From assembly GCA_965223845.1 (NCBI GenBank), contig CBDCXR010000004.1, forward strand, positions 6,223,857 to 6,287,856: DNA of 64,000 nucleotides, written 5' to 3'. This DNA is from Planctomycetota bacterium (GTDB lineage Bacteria > Planctomycetota > UBA8108 > SXIK01). Within the stretch, counting starts at the first letter, position 1; every line of letters begins with the position of its first letter. The translations under genes and the position numbers were made by a program. The notes beneath the pieces were generated by a model. It made no database searches. It was not told where the DNA came from and worked only from the letters and a program-made list of their open reading frames with translations. This document shows, piece by piece, positions 1 to 8,722 of the stretch.

Positions 1-384
1 GTCGATGATCCTCGCGAGATCCGTCGGCGGGGGCGCGCCGCGGGACGAAATGAGCTCACCCACCTTCTTCAGCCGCGCTTTCACTTCGTCGTGGAGAGCT
101 TCCGACGCCCAGCCATCGCGGGAGGGGTCATCGCGCTCGTCCCATCCCGGGACATCGTCCGACTCCGGGAGCGCGATCAGCTCGCGAACGAGCTCGACGC
201 TGCCTTCGGCGTTTTCGACCGGAGCGATCGACGGGGGCGGCGCGTCCGAGACCTTCTCTACCCCGCGGTCGCAGCCGCCGACGAGCGCAGCGCCGGCGAT
301 GAGGAGTCCGACCGTGCGCGCGACGCCGCCCCGACTCCTCAGAGGAAGTTCGAACGTATCGCCGGCTCGTCGTCTATCGCGCAT
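1..384 (-). CDS. Hypothetical lipoprotein, 3' end truncated by the window edge. The ORF track lacks it because it runs off the window
   Basis: Manual translation of the minus strand from the ATG at 384 gives MRDRRRAGDTFELPLRSRGGVARTVGLLIAGAALVGGCDRG..., a signal peptide with an LVGGC lipobox. The frame stays open to position 1. The overlapping plus-strand ORFs 5..967 and 91..750 are Arg/Ser-rich and look spurious. Confidence 0.45.
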   Translation of the reverse strand, partial: MRDRRRAGDTFELPLRSRGGVARTVGLLIAGAALVGGCDRGVEKVSDAPPPSIAPVENAEGSVELVRELIALPESDDVPGWDERDDPSRDGWASEALHDEVKARLKKVGELISSRGAPPPTDLARIID

Positions 385-568
385 GTCCCACCCGAACCGA
401 TTCTCGACCGTAGTCCCGAATCGAGCACGCCTCCGAAGGGGCTTCGCCCTCCTTCGATCTCACACCCTCGCTCTCTCCACTTCAATTCCGTTCTTCATTG
501 TCTCGCGTCGTGTTCGCGTCGCACACTTTCGGGTGAATGTCGACTCCCGCCTTCGCGAACGGTCGACG

Positions 569-610
569 AAAAAAAGGGCGGCTCCCGATTCCTCGGAAGC
601 CGCCCTTTTG
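569..610. terminator. Rho-independent terminator, probably bidirectional
   Basis: The 8-bp stem GGGCGGCT/AGCCGCCC has a 14-nt loop and is flanked by A7 on one side and T4 on the other. Read on the minus strand it is stem-loop then T7, 17 nt after the stop of the 629..3766 gene. Confidence 0.7.
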
Positions 611-628
611 CCGCTGCTTCGGATCAGC

Positions 629-3600
629 TCAGCACTTGTCGTAGAGATCGCAACCGAGCGAATCCGCGGGGCTCGGATCCGGGCCGCAGTCGGTTCCCTC
701 CGGTCCGTGGCCGCCGATCGGCGGGGGGCCGTCTCCGAAGAGGCGATTGAGGCCGAAAATCGGATCGGCGATGTTGTACGCCGCGTCGCCGTTCACGTCC
801 GCGGTCTCGGTACACGGCGGTGCACTGCCGTCGCCGAACAGGTCGTTCAGCATGAAGATCATGTCGGCGATGTTGACGGCGCCGTCGTTGTTGGCGTCGC
901 CGCGACGGAACTCTTGGCCGCCGCCGTCACCCGTCACGGTGTCCGCGCCGGCCTCGAAGTTCCCTAGGACTTCGCTCCAGCTGAGCGCGCGGTCGTACAG
1001 ACGAAACTCGTTGATCGATCCGTCGAGCATGGGATCGTCCCACTGCGAGCGCCCGAGCCAGTTGTTGAGCTCGAGCATGTCCGCGATCGAAAAGTGCGTA
1101 TCATTCTGGTCGACCCGCGAACCGTCGACGAAGAGCGCAACTCGACCTTCGTCGCCGTTCCAGACGACGACGATGTGCTGCTCGACGCCGTTCGGCATCG
1201 TCGCCGCGTTGAGTTGCCGCTCGACGCCCGTCGGGCCGTCACGATAGCCGAAACGAAGCGAGTTTCCGCCGCTTCTCGGCGTGAGGAAGAGGTTGTACGT
1301 CGTCGCACCGCCATCGGAGAAGTCTTCGCCGCCGACGGAATTGCCGAGATCGAAGAGGCGCTGCCAAGCGGGAGAGAACGCATTCCCGTTCCAGGTTGCC
1401 CACAGCTCGAACGTGACGTTGTTCCCGAGCGCCGAGATCATCTCGTTCGGAAGATCGACGTAGGCGCCGGGCGGATCCGCGGGCGGTGACTGACCGTTGT
1501 CGTTCGAGCTCTGAGCGCCGGGGTTGTTGGTGAACACGGCCTGACCGTCGAACGCGACCTCGCCGTAGCCTATCCCGTCCGCGCCGCCGTTCGCATCGGA
1601 CGCGTCGGCCGTGAACGAGTATCGGTGCGCCGGACCGCTCGAGAGATCGGCGGGCATCACCGCATTCACCGTCCAGTTGACTTCCGCGGTTCCCTCCGAG
1701 TTGGTCGCCCTGACGCGAACCTCGAACGAAGCCGGTCGGGGGTCGGGAATCGTGTAGTTCACGAGACCGCCCGGCGTGACCGTCGCGCCGTCCGGAGACA
1801 GAGCTTCGACCGTCGGAACGGGGACTCCCGAGATCGAAAGTTGCCGAGCATAGACCGTTTCGGTCGGTCCGATCTCGTCCTCTGCCGGAACGCCGGTGAT
1901 CTCGGGCGCGACGGGATCGAAGAAGTCACTGAACTCCGTATTGAAGTTGTGCTCGATCTCCGCGTCCCGGAGCGTGTCCGAGTGGATGCGGAGCCGCGCG
2001 ATGGAGAGCGAGCCCTTGAGCGGAATGTTGACCGCGACGCCGTCCGGCTCGAGCTGGCCCGCCACCGTGATGCGCGTGCAGCAATGGGTGTCGATGGCGC
2101 CGACGCCGAGCTCCTCCTCGTTCTGGAGAACGCCGTCGGCGTACACCCGTGTCGTCGTTCCGTCGTAGGTATAAACGAGGTAATGCCAGATTCCCGCCTC
2201 GGGTGCGCCCGGTGTGAAGTCATTGTCGACCCAGCCGATGTCAGCGGTCGCGCCGCCCCAGTGTCCGATGGCGCCGAAGTTGCCGTGGTCCCCGTAGTTG
2301 AAGCTCATGTTCGAACCGTCGGGACCGCCGCGCCGTCCCCAAGCGACGATGGTCTCCTCGCTCGCGATCTCTGGGTTGTACACCCAGGCCTCGATCGATC
2401 GTTTCGGATCGGGGCCGATGATGCTTTCGGGCGCATTCTCGATGCTCTGGTAGAAGTCGTCGGTGAATCCGTCCGGCGGATTGAAGGTCACGGCGGCGAC
2501 ACCCTCGACCGTCTCGAGGAAGGGCTCACCGACTCGCTCGAAGTCGCCGGCCTCGCTGTCTTCGGCGAGATTGGTCCAGAAATCTTCGCCCGCCGATTCG
2601 TCGTCGGCGTCGAGGTGGACGACGAGCTGACCGGCGACCGCGAGCTGGCCCACCGGGGGAAGTCCCTCGCGCGAGACCGTCCACGATGCTTCCGTTTCGC
2701 CGGCTGAGTTCGATGCCTTGATCGTGATCTCGAAGGAACCCGGCTGCGGATCGGGAAGTGGGACCGAGAGCGAGCCGCGTCGCGCGAATTTGCCCGACTC
2801 CGTCAGAGACGTATTCGCGGGTGCCGCGACGATCTCGACCGACGGCAGCGGGAAGCCATCGACCGCGAACGTCGCCGTGTACTCCGCCTCCCCGGCGAGG
2901 TAGGTCTCGTCGTCCGGCACGCCCACAAAGACGGGCGCGACCGGCGTGATCGGGAAGTCTTCGCGCTCGAGCTCGTAGTTGTTGGCGATTTGCTCATCGG
3001 TAAGGACGCCGTCGTGGATGCGGAGGCGTCCGATCGAGAGCGAGCCCTTGAGCGGCAGATTGATCGCGATGCCGTCCGGCTCGAGCTGTCCGGCGACGGT
3101 GATGCGCGTCTCGCCGTGAGTATTGATCACACCCGGTCCCAGGACCTCGTTGTTCGCGTCGCACTGCTCTTCGCTGATGCAACCATCGGCGTAGACGCGC
3201 GTCACCTCACCGTCGTAGGCGTAGACGAGGTGGTGCCACTGCCCCGCGACCGGCGCACCCGCGGTGAACGCGTTGTCGACCCAGCCGATGTCCGGGCCGT
3301 TGCCGCCCCAGTGGCCGATCGCGCCGAAGTTTCCGTGGAACCCGTAGTTGAAGCTCATGTTCGAGCCGTCGGGACCGCCGCGTCGTCCCCAGGAGACGAT
3401 CGTCTCTTCCGACGCGATCTCCGGGTTGAACACCCAAGCTTCGATCGTTCGCGTGGCGTCCACTCCAATGAGACCTTCCGACGCGAACTCGACGCTCTGA
3501 TAGAAGTCGTCGGTGAAGTCGAAGTTGAAGGTGACGGCCGTAGCGCCGTTGATGTCCTCGACAAACGGCTCGCCGACTTTCTCGAAGTCGCCGACGGGGC

Positions 3601-3766
3601 TGTCGTCGACGAGGTTGATCCAAAAATCTTCGCCGGCGGATTCATCTCCCGCGTCGAGGTCGACGACGAGATCTTCCGTCTCGAGCTGGGCGAAGGTGTC
3701 GCTCGGAACGAAGAACGTACCGAACGCGCACACTACGGCAATCGCGACCGCGCGATGTCGGTGCAT
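629..3766 (-). CDS. Secreted protein with three LamG/concanavalin-like (Laminin_G_3-type) domains and Ig-like linkers, ending in a double dockerin-like Cys-rich module
   Basis: The start was reset to the internal ATG (MHRHRAVAIAVVCAFGTFFVPSDTFAQ, a signal peptide) preceded by AGGAGG. Two ~350-aa near-identical repeats each carry the W..HLVY.YDG....VYADG LamG signature. A third, divergent LamG ends ...INEFRLYDRALSWSEV. The C-terminus reads RGDANNDGAVNIADMIFMLNDLFGDGSAPPCTETADVNGDAAYNIADPIFGLNRLFG...LGCDLYDKC. Confidence 0.7.
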   Translation of the reverse strand: MHRHRAVAIAVVCAFGTFFVPSDTFAQLETEDLVVDLDAGDESAGEDFWINLVDDSPVGDFEKVGEPFVEDINGATAVTFNFDFTDDFYQSVEFASEGLIGVDATRTIEAWVFNPEIASEETIVSWGRRGGPDGSNMSFNYGFHGNFGAIGHWGGNGPDIGWVDNAFTAGAPVAGQWHHLVYAYDGEVTRVYADGCISEEQCDANNEVLGPGVINTHGETRITVAGQLEPDGIAINLPLKGSLSIGRLRIHDGVLTDEQIANNYELEREDFPITPVAPVFVGVPDDETYLAGEAEYTATFAVDGFPLPSVEIVAAPANTSLTESGKFARRGSLSVPLPDPQPGSFEITIKASNSAGETEASWTVSREGLPPVGQLAVAGQLVVHLDADDESAGEDFWTNLAEDSEAGDFERVGEPFLETVEGVAAVTFNPPDGFTDDFYQSIENAPESIIGPDPKRSIEAWVYNPEIASEETIVAWGRRGGPDGSNMSFNYGDHGNFGAIGHWGGATADIGWVDNDFTPGAPEAGIWHYLVYTYDGTTTRVYADGVLQNEEELGVGAIDTHCCTRITVAGQLEPDGVAVNIPLKGSLSIARLRIHSDTLRDAEIEHNFNTEFSDFFDPVAPEITGVPAEDEIGPTETVYARQLSISGVPVPTVEALSPDGATVTPGGLVNYTIPDPRPASFEVRVRATNSEGTAEVNWTVNAVMPADLSSGPAHRYSFTADASDANGGADGIGYGEVAFDGQAVFTNNPGAQSSNDNGQSPPADPPGAYVDLPNEMISALGNNVTFELWATWNGNAFSPAWQRLFDLGNSVGGEDFSDGGATTYNLFLTPRSGGNSLRFGYRDGPTGVERQLNAATMPNGVEQHIVVVWNGDEGRVALFVDGSRVDQNDTHFSIADMLELNNWLGRSQWDDPMLDGSINEFRLYDRALSWSEVLGNFEAGADTVTGDGGGQEFRRGDANNDGAVNIADMIFMLNDLFGDGSAPPCTETADVNGDAAYNIADPIFGLNRLFGDGPPPIGGHGPEGTDCGPDPSPADSLGCDLYDKC

Positions 3767-4111
3767 GATCCAACCCTCCTTTGTTCGGCGCTGATTTCGC
3801 GCTTCCGGCAGAATCAGCGAAGAGATTTCAGCCCGCTTCGTTGCGTAGGCGACAAAGATCCTGGACCCTCGACCAGACCCGCCATCGTAGGCCCAGTCGG
3901 CGGGAGCCGTCAATCGACGGATTGTCCAGGGCGCAGGATCGCAGAGGCGGTCGGACGCCCGGTTCCGCGATTCCGTGTTCGATCCACGTGCGCTAAGCCC
4001 CGCGATCGGTGGTTCGTGAACTGTTTCGCGGCGTTGGGCCCCGCAGCTTCTCGAAGGGAAATCGTCCGTCTCGAGTTGCCGCGGATCGACGACCCCGACT
4101 CCGTCAGAAGA

Positions 4112-5101
4112 CTAAAACAACCGCAGCGACTCGGAGTAACGGAGATTCTCGCGGAGCTGTCGTGGGCTCCGCATTCCGACGAGAGCACTCGCCACTCCGG
4201 GGCGCGCGAGGGCGCCCGCGATCGCGACGGCCGCTGGCGGCAGCCCGTTCGCCTGAGCGCGCGCGATCGAGCCGCGGGCGCGTGCGACGATCTCCGCGTT
4301 GGCCTCGGCGTCGAAACGTCGGTCGCGCCGGCGAAGGTCCCGGCGACCGAGTCCCGCCACCGTCGTTCGTCCCGCGAGAAGCCCGCGAGCGAGGATGTCG
4401 AATGCGACGATCGGAATGCCTTCCCGTTCCGCGAGCGCGATCGTCTTCGACGAGTCTCGCGCGACGTTCTCGTACTCGGCGGCGTAAGCCTCGAGAGTGT
4501 TCACCGGATGCTGAATGATCGCGGGTCGGAGAGCCCGTTCGGGCGAACCGCTCTCTCCGAGCAAGACGCCGAGCTGCGCGGCGGTGACATTCGACACTCC
4601 CCACGCACCGACGAGCCCGCGAAGTCGCAAATCCTCGAGGGCGCCGCAGCTCTCGCTCACCGGTACGCCGGCATCGGGCCAGTGAAGGAGATAGAGCTCG
4701 ATCCGGTCGCGCCCGAGTCGACGGAGCGATTCCTCACACTGCCGCGAGAGCGACTCGGGACGTGCGTCGTGGCGGACGCGCCGGTGATCGTCCCAGGTGA
4801 GGCCGCCCTTCGAGACGACGACCGGCCCGGCTGCGCGACCGAGCGCCTTCCCCAAGAGTTCTTCTGACCGACCGAAGCCGTAGACCGGGGCGGTGTCGAA
4901 GAGGTTGATCCCGGCGTCGAGCGCCTCCGCGATCGCTTCGCGCGCGGGTGCGGCGGGCGTCTTCCCCCAGCCGTGACCGCCGAGTTGCCATCCGCCGAAA
5001 CCGAGCTCGGAGATGCGGAATTCAGTGCGTGGGACGGGGACGGTCTTCAAGGCGATCTCGAGGCTCGTTCGGTGAGCCCCGATTGTAACGAAGCGAGTCA
5101 C
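4112..5101 (-). CDS. Aldo/keto reductase family oxidoreductase
   Basis: Contains RISELGFGGWQLGGHGWG...AIAEALDAGINLFDTAPVYGFGRSEELLGKAL...LYLLHWPD, the AKR signature region. The start is assigned to the in-frame GTG (VTRFV...) preceded by GGGAGAG. The upstream Arg-rich part of the 453-aa ORF is unlikely to be coding. Confidence 0.75.
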   Translation of the reverse strand: MTRFVTIGAHRTSLEIALKTVPVPRTEFRISELGFGGWQLGGHGWGKTPAAPAREAIAEALDAGINLFDTAPVYGFGRSEELLGKALGRAAGPVVVSKGGLTWDDHRRVRHDARPESLSRQCEESLRRLGRDRIELYLLHWPDAGVPVSESCGALEDLRLRGLVGAWGVSNVTAAQLGVLLGESGSPERALRPAIIQHPVNTLEAYAAEYENVARDSSKTIALAEREGIPIVAFDILARGLLAGRTTVAGLGRRDLRRRDRRFDAEANAEIVARARGSIARAQANGLPPAAVAIAGALARPGVASALVGMRSPRQLRENLRYSESLRLF

Positions 5102-5222
5102 CCGTCGACTCTCCCGGAGAGCGGGCCCGAGCGGTCGCGCGCTTCGAGGCCGCGAGTCTCGGCGGGTAGGGCCGAGGGAGTGGGGGCGGGAGCGGCGCCA
5201 CGCGTCTTCTCCCAATCGATGC

Positions 5223-6140
5223 GTGCTCGACGGGGCTCGAGACGGCGAACGTCTCGAGCTCCATCGACTCGCCTCCTCGTCTGCCGACTCTGGTTTCATT
5301 CCGCATCCGAAGGAAAAGGGCGTGAACCTCGCGCACCTCGTCAGAGCTCGCGTGCGACTCGACCTGCGCGAAGGCGACTTCGACTCCGCTCTCCGGCGAA
5401 CGCGGCAAATCCTCGAATTCGGGAGGCGCGTTGCAGGCTGCGAATCGTTCGGAGATTCAATCGTGAGCGTCATCGTGCAGATCTGGGGACTCGCCGAACT
5501 CCGTCGCGTCGTCGAGCAGGGAACGCTCGGTTCCGACGTGTGTCGGGAATTGGTCGGCGATCTCGAAGCCTACGAATTCGATCGCCGTCGAGTCGATCGT
5601 CTCTGGGCGGCGGGTTACCGCGACGCCGTTCAGACGCTAGAGGAAAGCCCATGGCTCGGAGATTCGCGGTTCTATCTCCGGAACCGAACTCTCCAGCGCG
5701 TGGTGACCATCTATCGCGCGGAGCGAGCGTGGATGAAGGAGACCCAATGGACGGCCCCGCCGTTCCCCGAAAGCCGGGAGGCGTTTGTGCCCCCGACGCC
5801 ATCGAATTGGTTCAACTCTGACGGCGAGCACGTTTACTTCACCGAGCTGGTGAGTGGCGGTTGGTGGGTCGACCCGTAGAAACTCGACTTCCAGGTCCGA
5901 GCGACTCGCCTCGTCCTCGCCATGCGAGTCTATAGACTCGAACACGAGGTGCTCCCCGAGACGCTCGACGTCCTCGTCCCGGACTTCATCGATCAGGTGC
6001 CGATCGATCCCTTCTCCGCCGAGAAGAAACCGCTCAATTACTCGCGAAAAAATCGCGAAATCTGGTCGGTGGGCGCCGAGGATCCTCTGCACGTCCACCG
6101 TCCGGAAGAACTGGTCGTGCGGATTCCGCCGTCCTGGTGA
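5223..6140 (+). CDS. Hypothetical protein whose frame is interrupted by one in-frame TAG (5877-5879) and continues for 87 more codons
   Basis: ORFs 5223..5879 and 5922..6140 share one frame with a single TAG between them. Both halves have non-repetitive, protein-like composition (W/Y/F present), and GC is higher at codon position 3 than position 1 in this frame. It is more likely coding than the antisense ORF 5637..6308. No domain was recognised. Confidence 0.35.
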
Positions 6141-6216
6141 AACGACGGCCGCCGGGATCGGGGTTGTCCCGTCCCGGCGGTCTTTTGGTCGGACGCGCTC
6201 GTTCGCAGATACTTCC

Positions 6217-7896
6217 TTACTCGCAGCTCGAACTCTTCTCGCACCCGAGCCCGTCCGCCGTCGGATCCACCCCGCAGACCGCACCCGGCGCCGCGGGAGC
6301 CCGACCACTCGAGAAGAGGTAGTTGAGCATGTAGGACGGATCCGAGATGTTCACCGCGCCGTCGTCGTTCGCGTCGAGCGCGTCGAGACACTCGACGTCC
6401 GCGCTTCCCCCGAAGAGGTGCGAGAGACTGAGGATCGCATCGCTGATGTCCATCCGCCCGCTCGCGTTCGTGTCGCCGCGGCGGAAGCGCGGTTCAGACG
6501 GAGGCGGATCGACGGGGTCGACCGGGTCCTCTGGGTCCTCTGGGTCCTCGGGGTCGACGGGCTCGCAGCTCCGCACGAGATGGCCGTCGTAGCCGAGCAG
6601 CGCGAGGCCGTACCGGCTGTCGGATCGGACGACCTTTCCCGCGACGACGAGTCCGCGACCGGTTGCCGCGATCGCTCTACCGAACGAAGTCCCGTGCTCT
6701 CGCGCGAACTCGATCGACCGAATTCCTTTCGTCGCCCACGATGAATCGAGAACCCCGTCGTCGCCGTAGCGATAGACGACGGCGGCATCGGATTCCGACC
6801 CCACCGTGAAGAATCCATCGGTCATTCCGAGTGCGATACCCGCTACATCGTCCGGGACGAGCGCGTGTCCGAACCCCCCCGCGAAGTCTCGGTCGATTCC
6901 ACCGTCGGGATCCATCCGAAACACGCCGTTTCCCGTCAGGAGGAGGTAACTGCCGTCAGGGCGGCGAAGGACGTCCTTCGCGGAGAGGTGCGGAGCGAGG
7001 GGGAGGTACTTCTTCCCGCGACGTCCGAACGACTCGTCGAGTCGACCGTCGGGAAGATACCGAACGGCGACCGGACCATCGCCATCCCTCCCGAGGGCGA
7101 GGATCGAGCCGTCGCCGCTCACGTGCATCGCCGAAAGTTGGGCTCGGTCGCCGAGCTTCGTGACCACGACGCCGTCGCCCCCGAACGATCGATCGAAACT
7201 CCCGTCCGGGTGAATGCGCAGCAAGGAGAACTTGAGGTTGCAATGACCGAAGAACGGACAGTCTTCGTCGGAGAACCCTCCGAGCACAATCCGCCCGTCG
7301 AAGAGCACCGTCATCGCGTGGACCTCTTCCCAGTTGTCGGTCCGGTTGATCATGAGCTTCCCGCCGTCAGCGAAGGACTCGTTGAGTGTTCCGTCCATAT
7401 TGAGACAGACAAGCGCGCGGTTCGACCGATCGTTAGTCGTGAGAGCTACGTAGATGCGGCGAGAGATTCGTCCGCCCGTGACGGCGATCGCTCGCGGAAA
7501 CGCCTCCCCGCGACCGAAGCTCAGGCGCACCGTTCCTAAATGTCCGAAGTTCCCGTCGATCTGACCGTCGCGGAGGTAGCGCGTCACGACGCCTTCCCCA
7601 TCGATCTGACTGGCGAGGAGGATTCTCCCGTCCGATTGAACCGCGACTCGCGAAATGAACTTGCGACCTACGCCGGTCGGGTGGGAGATCGTTCCGGTGT
7701 GAGTCCCGTTCGGGTGGAGTGCGCCGAAACCGCACTCATCGGCGCGAGCGGCGTCGGGCCCGACAAACGAGAGTGCCGCGGCGAGGAACGTCGCCGCGGC
7801 GAGAGCTCGCGGTCGACGTTCGCGGGTTCGAGGCGAACGATCGCCGCTCCCCGACGCTCGAGTTCGAAGTCGAGACGGGGCCATCGCACCGGCCAT
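6217..7896 (-). CDS. Secreted delta-60-repeat (SBBP-like) beta-propeller protein with a C-terminal double dockerin-like Cys-rich module
   Basis: Start set at MAGAMAPSRLRT...RPRALAAATFLAAALSFVGPDAARA (signal peptide). It has repeated DGxLDxSFGxxG motifs (DGSFDRSFGGDG, DGRLDESFGRRG, DGGIDRDFAGGFG, DGVLDSSWATKG) and a (DPE)n linker. The C-terminus reads RGDTNASGRMDISDAILSLSHLFGGSADVECLDALDANDDGAVNISDPSYMLNYLFSSG...LGCEKSSSCE. Confidence 0.7.
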   Translation of the reverse strand: MAGAMAPSRLRTRASGSGDRSPRTRERRPRALAAATFLAAALSFVGPDAARADECGFGALHPNGTHTGTISHPTGVGRKFISRVAVQSDGRILLASQIDGEGVVTRYLRDGQIDGNFGHLGTVRLSFGRGEAFPRAIAVTGGRISRRIYVALTTNDRSNRALVCLNMDGTLNESFADGGKLMINRTDNWEEVHAMTVLFDGRIVLGGFSDEDCPFFGHCNLKFSLLRIHPDGSFDRSFGGDGVVVTKLGDRAQLSAMHVSGDGSILALGRDGDGPVAVRYLPDGRLDESFGRRGKKYLPLAPHLSAKDVLRRPDGSYLLLTGNGVFRMDPDGGIDRDFAGGFGHALVPDDVAGIALGMTDGFFTVGSESDAAVVYRYGDDGVLDSSWATKGIRSIEFAREHGTSFGRAIAATGRGLVVAGKVVRSDSRYGLALLGYDGHLVRSCEPVDPEDPEDPEDPVDPVDPPPSEPRFRRGDTNASGRMDISDAILSLSHLFGGSADVECLDALDANDDGAVNISDPSYMLNYLFSSGRAPAAPGAVCGVDPTADGLGCEKSSSCE

Positions 7897-8089
7897 TCGG
7901 TCGACGTCCGGCCAGCGAGCGAAACCGTGAGTCGGAGAGTAGGTTCGAGCTTCCATTCTGGGCCTCCTTGAGACGGGGTGGGTGACGAGCTGCGGATCCG
8001 TCCGCCCGGATCCACTCGCCCCCGCGCCGTCCCGCGCGAAGAGGGGCCAGAATTCTTCGTTTTTCTCAGGGTCGCGACGGAATGAGACC

Positions 8090-8722
8090 TCAGCCTCGCT
8101 CGCTTGGCGTCTCCCCCGCGCCGCCGAGGGCGTCGTAAAGCCAAGCGCGCGCAAAGCTCCAGTCGCGCTTCACCGTCCGCGTCGACGATCCGAGCACCGC
8201 GGCGGTCTCCTCGACACTCAAGCCGGCGAAGTAGCGAAGCCGCACGGTTTCCGCGAGTCGCGCATCGAACTCTTGTAGGCGATCGATCGCGTCGACGAGT
8301 GAGAGCGTGTCGTCGGGGTCGCTCGCCGCGAGGTCGGCGACGTCGAGAAACTCCCGCGCGTTCCCGCCCCCGCGCTTCTCGCGAGACCGTCGCCGCGCGT
8401 ACTCGATGAGGATACGCCGCATCGCATCGGCCGCCGCGTGAAAGAATTGCGCACGCCCGGTCATCGGACGCGCGCTGAGATCTCCGACCAGACGAAAGTA
8501 CGCCTCGTGGACGAGGTCGTCCGCCTGGAGCGTGTGTCCCGCGCGCTCACGGGCGATCCGGCCGCGAGCGATCGAGCGCAGCTCGCCATAGACGACTTCG
8601 ATGAGCCGATCCCTCGAGTCGACATCTCCGGCGCTCACCGCCTCGAGAAGCGACGTCACCTCGTGGGGCGGCGGTGTCGCGGGATCGGGTTCACCTCGAC
8701 TCGGTCGTGGAGGCTCGCTCAC
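8090..8722 (-). CDS. ECF-type RNA polymerase sigma-70 factor of the subgroup usually paired with Ser/Thr kinases
   Basis: N-terminal [35 protein letters not shown]. The region-4 helix-turn-helix is [34 protein letters not shown]. It overlaps the upstream kinase gene by 32 nt. Confidence 0.85.
   Translation of the reverse strand: MSEPPRPSRGEPDPATPPPHEVTSLLEAVSAGDVDSRDRLIEVVYGELRSIARGRIARERAGHTLQADDLVHEAYFRLVGDLSARPMTGRAQFFHAAADAMRRILIEYARRRSREKRGGGNAREFLDVADLAASDPDDTLSLVDAIDRLQEFDARLAETVRLRYFAGLSVEETAAVLGSSTRTVKRDWSFARAWLYDALGGAGETPSERG

Noticed and set aside
5-967. Plus-strand ORFs 5..967 (320 aa) and 91..750 (219 aa)
   Set aside because: Both have Arg/Ser/Ala-rich low-complexity composition typical of out-of-frame high-GC DNA. 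They run through a strong stem-loop/T-run terminator and overlap real minus-strand genes (the lipoprotein at 1..384 and the C-terminus of the dockerin protein).
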